This document shows positions 1-11,383 of a DNA stretch of 64,000 nucleotides, piece after piece. The position numbers were made by a program, and so were the translations under genes. Position 1 is the stretch's first letter, and every line of letters starts with the position of its first letter. Source of the DNA: Neoechinorhynchus agilis (lineage: Eukaryota > Animalia > Acanthocephala); NCBI GenBank assembly GCA_051530055.1, contig CM121342.1:10741480-10805479 (forward strand). Reading direction: 5' to 3'. Under the pieces are notes generated by a model. That model worked only from the letters and a program-made list of their open reading frames with translations, was not told where the DNA came from and did not search any database.

Positions 1-684
1 TAGAGTAGACGAGTGGTTCGGTCCGAATATGATCTCTCAAATACTCAAAAGACTATGCAGTGATGGCGCATTTTTATACGTTCATGTAGCAATGGATAAT
101 ACCATCGTTCTTGACAAAGTCTACACTGATTGGATCAATAAATCAATACATGCTCGTTTGTACAGTTTGTGAATCTACAACGAAAACAAACAAGTTTGTC
201 TAAACCTCTTTTGTTACTGATTCCTTTGATGGTGGGCATCAGCGAATTCGATAAACGACGGTCCGCAACACTAAAGCGATTGTTAAGAAACGATTGCTCA
301 GTTGGATTCATCGGTGGACGGCCGAAACATGCTTTATTCTTTTTTGGTTTATGGGGAACGGATAATCTCCTTTATTTAGATCCTCACACCCTTCAACAAT
401 GCACATTCGGAAATGGAGAAAAAAGGAATGAAACTTTTCATTGTAGAGATTGCAGTTACATTTCGTTTGAGAAACTCGATCCCAGTTTAGCGCTAGGATT
501 TGTTTGTGATAACGTTCAATCGTTCAACCAATTGATTCGTGAATTAAGTACAATCATACAGGAGGACGCACTCCACAAAGAGATCGGTGAACCGACTAGT
601 ATTTATCCACTTTTTGAAATCGTTCAAAGACAGCAGGAATTCGATGGATCCGTTGATTGTGACGATATTCTTATGACATTTTGA
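1..684 (+). CDS. ATG4: ATG4 cysteine protease (peptidase C54), 3' part; 5' end outside window
   Basis: Motifs EWFGPNMISQILK, GFIGGRPKHALFF, YLDPH and LDPSLALGF. A 47-bp GT-AG intron at 119..165 joins the frames. Confidence 0.9.
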
Positions 685-1334
685 TCAACGTTGAACACTG
701 TACAAGTATATTTGTATTATTCTAGTTGTTATAAATTATCTAATAATTAAATTTCTCAAAGCAGCTAAAGTTTTATAGCATCCGTATTTGCACAAAATAA
801 CATTTTGTTTGCTTTGTACAATCACAGAGTCTGCGTTTACCTCAATCCGGGAAGTAATGAATGTTTAAAGATTCTTGAAACTGAATAAACGCTGATCAAT
901 AATCGATTTTTTTGTATTTATTTCACGAAACATATTGTCGAACTTGATGTCCTTTAGTCTGCGGTCGTCAAGAGAATTGTAAAGAGGCTATCAATAGATC
1001 GTTGCAAAGAATTTTTTTCGTGAGATTAATTTATTAAAATATTTCGTTTGTCACCTCGAGATAGACGGGCGAAATTTTGTGAAAAGAGAACTAATAAATC
1101 AATCTCCCTCCTTTCTCAATCGCCAATATTGTTTTTGATGAGGATGAAATAAAGAAAAATTATTTAATACTTTTGGTTCTCTACGCGTGGGACTTCTTCA
1201 GAATTTTTAGTTATAAAAAGACGATTACGTTCCACTCGTTGATGACCAAAAATATTAATAACTTTCAGAATATTTTTATTTGAAATTAAGTCACACGACC
1301 TTTACAGGTATTTACGAATATTCACGCCACCATT

Positions 1335-1440
1335 CTCTGGTCGAAAGGACGGATCCAGCGCTCCTTTCCATTGCAGAGTCAGTCTTATGTTTTGCAGGAG
1401 GAATGCTCCAGCTATTGGATCGGGGTCCTACGCCGTGGAA
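1335..1440 (-). mobile_element. CRE-like non-LTR retrotransposon 3' end fragment
   Basis: Shares gctggatccgtcctttcgacc with the fragments at 32.77 kb and (nearly) 61.79 kb. Corresponds to the C-terminal (GNA)GSVLST region. Confidence 0.55.
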
Positions 1441-2206
1441 AATCATTTTCCTTATTTTGCATTCAAACAAAAATTAAGAGAATTCGGTCGTGGATTTTCA
1501 ATGGTTTCTAAGAATCATTTGAATATACGGATGTCTTAAATAGAATATAAACTTAATCGCATGTTCAAGTGATTTTATTTAAATAAGGATAACCCGCTAC
1601 CTCCAACAATGATTTTAAGGAGAACGATTTAAGAAACGACAACTGATTCGCGTTAGCTACAAAGGTCAAAGTTCATACAATCTTAAGTTAACCTAAAAAG
1701 TCTAAGCCGCATTAAGTAAGGAAAAGTGATGAACACAGAACGCTCTTTTAAAATGATAAACTGGATCGATTATATTTTTTAAACTTAAGAATCTAATAAA
1801 TGAGCTATTTAAGAAAAGGGTTGAGGGAGCCATAAATTCGGTAGCGTTCACTTATTCGCCTTTAAAAACAATTTTACTGGAATTGATTGGAAGCGGTGTT
1901 GTTGCGAAAGAAGTAATTGATGGATTCTGTGGTTTTCGGCACTTTTACCATTAATATAGATTTTATTTCTGGATTTAATCAGCTTCTACTTATTAGCCAA
2001 TTGGTATGTGGACGTATGAAACCTTCATTTTAGCAAAATTGAAGTAAGATAAACCTGTAAAGTTTGGGACTTCAATCTTTCAATAAAATTTCAATAGACT
2101 TTATCTTTGAAAGATTCAAGTTCTTAAATTTCTTAAAAGGAAAAATTGTCCCGACCTTCGTATCAAATAAAACCAATTTAAATAAATAATTGCGAAATAG
2201 AATCTT

Positions 2207-2580
2207 TCATTCAAAATCTACTCGGAATTTCTTGTACGTTGGTTAAAAATTATTTGCTTTTCCTTGCACTTAAATCTCGTTATTAATAAAATTCTGTGGT
2301 CGATGTTTATTTTGACTGCAGTTCATTTTTTGTCCGTTGAACATTTTGCATTTTTCTTTGATTTCTGTTGAACGTTTAAACTCTCTTAATAAATTTTCAT
2401 TGAAAATCTACTCGGAATTTCTTGTACGTTCGTTAAAAATTATTTGCTTTTCCTTGCACACAAATTTCATTATAAATAAAATTCTGTGGTCCATGTTTTT
2501 TCGACTGCAATTCATTTTTTGTCTCTTGAACATTTAACATTTCTCTTTAAAAAATAAAGGAAACTTTCGTTGAAAATCAT
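2207..2580. repeat. Tandem duplication, period about 189 bp
   Basis: ttcatt(c/g)aaaatctactcggaatttcttgtacg... starts at 2207 and 2396, with a partial third copy near 2566. Confidence 0.85.
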
Positions 2581-3499
2581 CTTATGATTTCTAGTACTTA
2601 CGAAAATATCCGAATTAAGAAATTACATTTGTTGATTAGTGTGTAACTTTTGAATTCCGTGATATTCAAACCATCTCGCGTCATGAATCTACTCGCGCTA
2701 TTCAAATTTGCCTTCACCTTTCGTCGAGTCATGTATACCATCTTTCCAAGGTGTATAACTTTGCCCTTGGAACATAACTTTCACACAAGGTCTCGTTCAT
2801 TTTGAGGTTAAAATGAAGAATGAAATTTTTCTCTAACAGTTTCTACGGTTACGTCGTTTTTAAGATAAAGTGTACAATTAATTTGACTATGCGAATTAAA
2901 GTGATGGTTAATTTTATGTTAAAAACGGTCTTGCTTGTAAGTGTTTAACTCAACGGATATTTAGCTCTTTTTATGCTTTAAGAAAAAGCAAGCAAAATGC
3001 CGAAAATAACTCACGAAGTGTTTAGATAACGATTTGGAGTTCGTTTTTACTGTGGAGAGCAACATTCTTTTATTCTAGTCCAAAGGTACATTTTTTGGGA
3101 CGAGTTTACGCATTTTGTACTTTACCACAATTGAATGTAAATGATATGTTCGATAAATTGTCTTTTATTTACAAAAAAGAATAAGGTGTTTTTCTCTGCT
3201 TAAGTCAAATGTGTTGAAACGTGACTCTGCAGGAGCCGAACTTTATCTTGTCAACCAAAATCACTGCAGACGTGCTATGTTTGTAACTGAATTTTGACAT
3301 AAAACCTATTTTAGGTATCTCGTTTAAATTCTTGACATGTTTCTTAACCGCCATGCCGATTTTGTTCTTGTTCTAAAGAACTCACGTGCTGTTTCCTCAG
3401 CTTTCCATTCCGCGTCTATGTTCTATGCACACTTTTCTATTTTTGACTTCTCGTTTTTAAGTTAGTCCCGATTCTTAATACAGACAAACTTGCTTCAAA

Positions 3500-5447
3500 A
3501 TGCAATTAACGTCAACTTTGATTGCAATCACCTATCTCTTCCTTCAGCAAGTTATGTTAAAAACTCACTGTGAATTCGTACGAACTTCAATATGGCCTCA
3601 GCCACTCAAAATAACTGTCAACGGTTCCAAATGGCATATATTTCCCTCAGAACCGAACCTCGTATCGTTCACTCCAAAGGCAATCGATGCATACAAAGCT
3701 CACATGAACGAACTTTGGTCGATATATTCGAAAATCATTTATGAAACTACTCCTGATTGGCTTAATGATTCATACACCGACTTTAAGGAATCTTCTCAGG
3801 TATGAAAGCATGGATGTTCCTTAAAACCATAAATATGCCGCCTAGGTCCCATTGGCATCCGTTGAAGTTTTAATCAAACAACAAGGGATATCAAAGTATC
3901 CATCTCAAGATTCAGACGAGTCGTACACACTCGTAGTCAGTTCGTCTTTAATTAAAATCGAATCTAATGAAATATGGGGTGCCGTGAGAGCATTGGAAAC
4001 TTTAAGTCAACTCATTAAGCGATCCGAAGGACAATTGTATGTGCCCGAATGCCGAATCGAGGATTCTCCAAGATTTTGTCATCGTGGACTATTGGTAGAT
4101 ACAGCAAGACATTTTTTGTCAGTGAAGACTATAAAAAAGCATTTGGTAACTTTTACTTTTTCTCTCATGACTTCAAAATGTTTAAAAAGGACGCTATGAT
4201 GCACTGTAAAATGAATGTGTTTCATTGGCATATTGTGGACGACGAATCCTTTCCGTTTGTCAGTGAAAAATATCCAGAACTTTCTGATAACGTTTGTTTC
4301 TGGCGAAATATTACTTTTAAAAAACTAAATTTCATACAGGGAGCGTTCTATAAAAATTTATCCGTGTACCATAAACAAGACGTCGAGGAAATCGTTGAGT
4401 ACGCGAGACTCAGGGGAATTAGAGTTATCCCGGAACTCGACAGCCCCGGTAAGTTCAGCGTTTTCCGATTTATTTCTAAAACCAATCCAATCGCGAAGAT
4501 CATACAAAATCCTGGGGATTTGGTCGACCGGATCTTCTTACTCAATGTTCGCCGGACGATAAGGACGACAGGCAGTTAGTGGATGTGGGCAATCCGCAAA
4601 TATGGAACTTCTTAGAAGATATTCTCCGAGACTTCGCTTCGAAATTTCCTGACAAATACATTCATTTGGGTGGAGATGAAGTCCGAATTCGTTGTTGGTG
4701 AGATATTGCTTTTTCCAAAACGCTCAAGTCGCATTGTGCGTGCCGAAATAGGATGAGCAATGATCGAATTAAGAAATTAATGCTGGATCTGGGATATGGT
4801 CAATCTTTTAAGAAGCTTCTACTGTATTATTTTGACCGCTTGCTTTCAATTGCCACTAAGAGTGGCAAAGATGTTGTCTTTTGGGACGAAGTAGCCGAGC
4901 TAATGCGTCAATTGGACACTGGGCGACATTTGCCAGTCAACAGTACCGTTTTCCAAATTTGGCGATCCTCGATCAATTACAAACAACTTCTTTCATCTGG
5001 ATATCGAATTATAATCTCATTTCCGTGGTACTTGGATCTTATATCTTACGGTGAAGACTGGATAAAATACTATCAATTTGAGCCACTTGATTTTGATGGA
5101 AGCGCTGAAGACAAGTCTCGAGTTTTGGGTGGAGAATCCTGCATTTGGGCCGAATATGTGGACGACACAAACGCAATCAGCAGAACTTGGTTTGTTTGTC
5201 CCGAATTTTTTCAACGAAATTTTTTTTATTAGGCCACGTGCTGCTGCAATGGCTGAACGGCTATGGAGTCATAAATTCGATGATAATCAACCTCGTGATC
5301 GTATCGATAGATTTAGATGTCTTTTGGTTAGGTTGGTTTACGCTTTGCGTCCATGCCTTGGTCCTAAAAGACGGTCGATTTAGTCGCAACATCCAAGCGC
5401 AACCGATTAACCGTTCGGGTCGACAGTGTCCACCTATCAACATTTAA
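3500..5447 (+). CDS. HEXB: Beta-hexosaminidase (GH20), multi-exon
   Basis: Signal peptide, then [27 protein letters not shown], catalytic [24 protein letters not shown] and [13 protein letters not shown]. Several ~44-55 bp GT-AG introns (e.g. 3800..3845, 4449..4498). HEXA versus HEXB orthology is not resolvable. Confidence 0.9.
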
Positions 5448-5849
5448 ACATCTTTGTAGTTTCTGCAAATAAAAGATCAGTTGCATCGAAGTATTTTTCT
5501 CTTGAAGTTAGGAATTGCTGCTCCCGTGCAGTCGTCGAATGAGTTCAGTCTTAAAAGATGGACGAAGCTTTGTCTAAGATTTGTACTTGTTCGTTTTTAG
5601 CTTTAAATTCAGTACGAGTAACTATGCTATTAAGGACCGAGGCTTGTGCGTTTACAGTCGTTTTGTCTTTATCTTCGAATTTAAAAGTTAATTTCATTTA
5701 AAAACAACAAATTCTTCATAGGTTGGGAATCCTAAGATAGAAATATTTTTTAAAGTTTGCACGTTTATCGCAGACGCTATAAAAACCATAATGGTATCGA
5801 CTTTATAAAGTATATAGGATTCTAACTATACGTTTTGGCAATGAAACCT

Positions 5850-8800
5850 TAAGAAACTTTCACTGCATTTCTTCGTCTCAGAATAGCAGCTGCCAATACA
5901 GGCACCGCGAGCTTACTCCGCCTTTATCAGAAATGAAACGACTTACGGAACTTTCTGCCAAAGGAAATCACCAAAAGAAACGAGTTGAGACCTCGGGACC
6001 TGCATTTCGGTCTGATAGTGTAGTTCCTAACCACCTGAAAAAACTGAAGGTCTGATCGAAGGGACTTCTCAGGAGTTATATGATGCTATTTAAAGGGCTG
6101 CCGAGAATGTGGGCGCCGTTTGCTTTCACAACTGTTTGAGTGCCCAAGGGTGATAGAGTCAATGTGTGTGTGATAGTGATTCCGCTCCTCTGGCGCCGAG
6201 TCAATTGTGAATGTGCCATTGTATCTAAAACTCCCGGACTAGAAGAGATCCAAGAGATTGGTTCTGTGGCTACCGATCTACTTGCCCTTGTAGCTGGTGA
6301 TAGCCAGAGTTTAGGGTTTTCTATCATTAATAATAACACGTTTTATTTTGGGGGAAAATACAAGCCACTGAACCATGCACCCAAACTATCTAATGAAACT
6401 TTTAGGTTTTGGACGGGTTTTTATTGTCCCATCTTTGCCACTCCTAACGTTAGTTGTTAGTTGATTTTGTTTTCCGTTATCTCATCCAAATCGATTGGCA
6501 TTTGGAGGGTCTAGCCCTGGGGAAGAGATTGGAGATAGAGGAGAATGAAGGCGCTCGGAGTACCGTTGAAATATTAGAACGAAGTGTTTTTCTAAAGGCA
6601 TGAGATTAGAACGCACCTCTTGTGAATGGTGTTATTTTTTGAATAGAAGAAAAATTACAAAAGTTTGGGTATGCATGGGTGAGCGTTGGTAGGATGGCGG
6701 ACATATAAAAGTATTTAAGATATTTGTACGGCATTCCAACTAATCGTAGGCGTTTAATAAGATAGAGCTTGATGGATCCTTTGTGCAACGAAATTGATAT
6801 GTGATTGTCCCACTTTAGATTTTTCTGAAAATGGATACCAATGATACGAACAGAGGAGACACGATTGATAGGAAAAGGAAGAAGCGGCTGAACGGAAGGG
6901 CTATTTGAGATTGAGGGGACGATTTCGAAGCACCTGGTTAAGGTTAGACATTTAGAGGAGCCAAACGCTTGAATGTGTGAAACTTCGATGAAACCTACTT
7001 CCTCTACAAAATCGGTAATTTTCCGTAGTCTATTGGATCTCGGTTATTCTCATAGGGCAATCCTCCCATGCTGAGAGATCTGAGCCTTACATTTACAAAA
7101 GCAATGGAGAATCTCTCAGATCTAGTTGAGGAGGCCAACTGGCGTGCTGCGCGCTGAACACCCATGATCAATTCCTGATCACTGTGACGGTTCAGCATGC
7201 TTCCTGTGTACAATTTCCTTGGTTCGAGGTTGAATCGTTGATACGGCACAGCGAAGATTTGACCAACGCAAAGATATTTTCGCCTTCGGATATCGTCTCC
7301 AAATGACGGCAAAAGAGAAGAGGATGGAGGCGGCCATGGCATGTTTTCCTCTAAACCGACCGATTCGGCTTCGAACGGTGCCATATACGACAAAAATGTA
7401 GACGGGTAGTGCTTGTTATGGCAATATTGTGATGTTTTATAATGCTTGTAATAGTGTATTGGAATTTTCGGTGTGCAGAAAAATGCTGTAAAAAGCTGCT
7501 ATTCACCATTGTTAATGAATAAATTAACATTGCGGACGACCCCAACGGAAAAGCCAAACGATCCCAAGGTTGAAATCACTGACCTGGAGGCTATAAAAGC
7601 TGAAGCGCCTTATGTTGCCTCCATTTTGTCTAGGGTGTGTGAAAGTGGCAAGAAAGATCTTGACACTTGGACATCAGGTGTATCGGATCGATATCCGTGC
7701 ACTAGGAAATATGACTGCTTTGAAACTAGGTTTCCGAAGCTTAACAACTCCTTTGCGTTGTGGGCCAGCAATCTGGATATTAATAATAACAAATTGTATA
7801 GTTCAAAGTGGAGGAACCATGTACCTCTGGGTTATCGTAAGCACTGGAGTTCTGATTTGTTAAATGAATGCGGTTGTTGATTTTGGAATGGATGACGGGT
7901 CCGATGTCGCATGGGAATGTCTGGTCGAGTGAGAAAGTTGGCGGTTATTGCTTGCTGGAGCGCTTGTGAGGTTGGGTCTTTCCTCAGGTTCATTTCAGGT
8001 CATTGCACCAGAGAAGATTGGACAGCTTTGAGAAAGGAGCGGCGGTAGAGGAAGGATGAAACGAATTGGGATTACGAGCAATAAAATGTGTTAAAATATG
8101 CGGTGGTAGGGGTGCGGCGTTTTGATTGTTTTATGAAAATCTTATAAAGGCATTCGAATGCATATTGAACGAAATGATTCGGTGGAAATCGGATGTAAAT
8201 TTTTTGGAAGAAGGATAACTATAACACTTTTCAGGCATGAGGGGTAGATACCATATAAAAAGCTGTGATTTATAATGAGGGTAAAAAAGTCTATAAGTTA
8301 AGGGAGCCCAGTTTGGGATTTCGGATTGAGAGGACTATTTTCGAAGAGATGCCTTAAAGCACACCTTCTGCCAATCTTCAATCGAACCGGCCCAAATTTT
8401 CTGCAACCGATACCCTACTTTGCGTTTATGACACTCCCCTACGCAACCTCGGCAATAATCCTTCCCACGTCAACCGTCTCATTCAATTTGATTTATCGAA
8501 AGCATTCGACTCCGTGGACAATTCACTCCTTCTCCGGGCTTGCTCCGATTTTGGCATCAACTTGTGACCGATCCGCTGGCTCGCCTCTTATCTTCACAAT
8601 CACAAACAATAAAATCACGACCAATCTACCTCCTCTATCAGCCGACCTCAAACCTCTCCTCTCACTCTAAATTCTTCTGTGCAAAATAAGAGACAGGGTT
8701 GAGTCAGGCCAACTTTATTATACAAATGAAGTTGCATCATAAAATATTCCCTAAGTTCGATAATACCGAAGAAATTCATTCGAATATCCATCCTGGGCCC

Positions 8801-10250
8801 ACCATGAATTACCTATCTTGAAACGTTCAAAATCAAACATCTAAGGCAAATCGCAATAAATCCCATGATTTTACCCGCTTACAAAAAGTACCATCTCACA
8901 AAATAGTTGTTGCCCGCGAAAAGCTCATTTTCTCCAAAATTCGTTCAGGTGGCTGTTCAACAAAGCGGCGAGCCGTCCCTCCCCAAATTTGTCTTCTTCG
9001 GAACTGAAACATGTTCTAGACTCCATCAATGATAATCTCTGCCCTGACTCGGATTACAATCATTGCTCCACATCAGAATCCACAAAAACTATCACGCCCA
9101 CAACTGACACTTCTGTCAACTCTCCAATAATCCCCTTAGTTTCGTCATACGAAGTCCTACAACATAATAATAACACGTTTTGGGTCGTCATAAACACTCG
9201 AGTTCTGATTGAACTGGCTATTTATTTTGGAGTGGATTATGAGTCCGGGCGGGTGGCAATTTCCGGTCCGGTTGGAAGGTCCATTCTGGTAGGAATTGGG
9301 GTTTATTGCTCGCTTCCAAAATCAACAACCGCATTCATTTAACAAATCAGAACTCCAGTGCTTACGATCTGGCTATTTATTTTGGAGTGGATTATGAGTC
9401 CGGGCGGGTGGCAATTTCCGGTCCGGTTGGAAGGTCCATTCTGGTAGGAATTGGGGTTTATTGCTCGCGTGTGAATCATAGAATTGAACGGGAGGAGCAG
9501 CGAGTGCCGCCGAAAGGAGGATAGCGGAGAAATACAATGAGCTCAAACAAAATTACATTTTCCATCCTTTCGGCGTGGAGACACAAGGGGCGCTGGGATC
9601 TTCGGCACGAAGCTTTTGTGCCGAACTCGGAAGACGACTTGCAGCAGAAACAGGGGAGCGACGCGAGAGGATTTTCCTGATACAAAGAATAAGCCTCGCA
9701 ATCCAACGAGGAAATGCGGTCAGCGTCCGGGGGACGATTTAATCTAAAATTGTCCTTTAAAAAGAAACAATAAAAAGATTATTTAATAAAATTGTAGATG
9801 TTATGATCTCGCTTAGCCCAGACGTGTATGCGAGGGGATTTTTGACGAGTAGATTACGATAGGAAAGGGAATTTTGGGTTTCTGTAAATCGGAGATAGAA
9901 ATGACGGAGATTGAGGTTGCATTGTTCGTCGCGGGTGATGGATTAAGGAAGGAATTGTAACAAGCTGTCGATCTCAAAAAATTGATTATCCCAAAGAGAA
10001 GTCCGGGATCGAATCGAATTTTTTTGTTTTCGTGCGCCGAGGGAGTTGCACGCAGTCAAAGAAGTTGGGGATTCGATTACTCTTCGAGTTTTAAGATATG
10101 AAAGATGGTTTGTGGTGTTCGTTAAAAGCGAAGTATTATACTGGGAAGATGAAGTCTAGGTAGTTGTAAAGTAAGGAGCTTGTATCACCTGTTAAGAAAG
10201 AGAGGCTATGAGGGGAGAAAGAGTTGAGTGATACGAAGAATTCTGGTGGC
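5850..10250. mobile_element. Cluster of decayed L2/CR1-like LINE fragments (APE, RT and thumb pieces on both strands)
   Basis: RT piece FDLSKAFDSVD at ~8490-8525 (+); thumb-like LYLIKRL...FYMSAILPTL at 6606-6788 (-); APE-like pieces at 6076-6339 and ~7090 (-); FTLIINHS...LLPK piece at 8130-8326 (-). Many stops and frameshifts. Confidence 0.7.
9214..9468. repeat. Perfect 100-bp direct repeat (9214-9313 and 9369-9468) around a 55-bp spacer
   Basis: Direct comparison. The spacer 9314-9368 is an exact reverse complement of 7834-7888. Confidence 0.9.
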
Positions 10251-10439
10251 GGTGGTGTAGATGAGTGGCGAAAGGGTCGACAACAGAGTATTCAGGAATA
10301 CAAGTGATAAAAATGATGCTAAAGTGTCTTTTTCGCACGATAAACCTTGATAATGTCGGAATTATCCGACGAAATGTCGGCAATAAATCTAAGAATTTAA
10401 ATCCGGATGGGGACATTTACCAAAAGAAAGTATTTAAGA

Positions 10440-11125
10440 CGTATTTATGATGGAATATCTAATCACCATCGATCTAAACTCATTTGAAAAATATACCAAA
10501 AATCCCTGCCAAACACCCAATAACTCAACCAAATTAACGAGAAACGAGAAAAGGAGCTGCACGATATACTGGATAAACACACGAAGCCGACAGACAGCTC
10601 GAAAAGAATAGACGTCCGTTGCTTTTACAAAACAAAAATGCTCCACTCATGTTTGAAAGAAAAACCAGAACTGCAGTTCTTGACACCTGTAACGTTGTGT
10701 ACCAATTTACATGCAATAAAGACGGCTGTAACGCGTCTTATGTTGGCTACACAACTTGCAAGTTGAGTTACAGAATCAAACAACATACATATAAAACGAG
10801 CGCTATTAGGAAGCACATGGATAAATCGCACAACGGATCCTACCCAACGCCATTTGAGAAATGTTTCAAGATCCTTGTCAAAGATACCGACAGGCACAGA
10901 CTGAGAACCGCCGAAGCATTAATCATTAAACACGACAAACCAATTATCAATATCAAATTCAATGAGATGTTTAATACTCTCAAACTCTACGATTAGTGTG
11001 ATAATTGATTGCTTACGTCAGCGTTAGTTTAAGGCTGGGTTCTACGTGCGCGTTTGACAAATCGTGTGAATGTTAACGTTACCCTGAAGATGGAAAGAAT
11101 AAATTTCCGAAACGTCGGCAATTGG
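10440..11125 (+). mobile_element. Penelope-like element (Naiad-like), 3' fragment: RT-distal linker, GIY-YIG endonuclease and pLTR
   Basis: NVVYQFTCNKDGCNASYVGYTTCKLSYRIKQH...AIRKH...FKIL...EALIIKHDKPIIN (10619-10996). The upstream frame reads EKELHDILDKHTKPTD...CFYKTK. A hammerhead follows the stop. Confidence 0.85.
11078..11122 (+). ncRNA. Minimal type I hammerhead ribozyme in the Penelope pLTR
   Basis: CTGAAGA at 11084-90, stem II GGAAA/TTTCC, GAAA at 11109-12, then CGTC (GUC cleavage triplet). Stem I GTTACC/GGCAAT has one mismatch. Confidence 0.75.
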
Positions 11126-11383
11126 GCAACTCTAGCTATAATAAAAGATGGATTTTACAAGATTTTCGCGAAAAATTTAAACACAACTCTCAATACACTC
11201 AAAATGTTGCCTTAATGGTACTAATAAAAGTAGGACAGAAAATCATTTATCAATCGATACTCCGTGTGACAAAAGCGGAAACAGTACAATCTTTAATCGT
11301 TTTTCGAACCGAACCTTATCTGAGACGCGGATTAATTTAATACCTACCGGAATTTATTCGACTCTAGCGCCCACAAATGCACT

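Noticed and set aside
7473-7880. 135-aa plus-strand ORF
   Set aside because: It lies within the LINE debris and is probably the antisense of a minus-strand fragment; no motif recognised.
9236-9260. Reverse complement ggactcataatcc resembles a tRNA-Met anticodon arm
   Set aside because: Only 3 bp of stem, and no D or T arms or acceptor stem.
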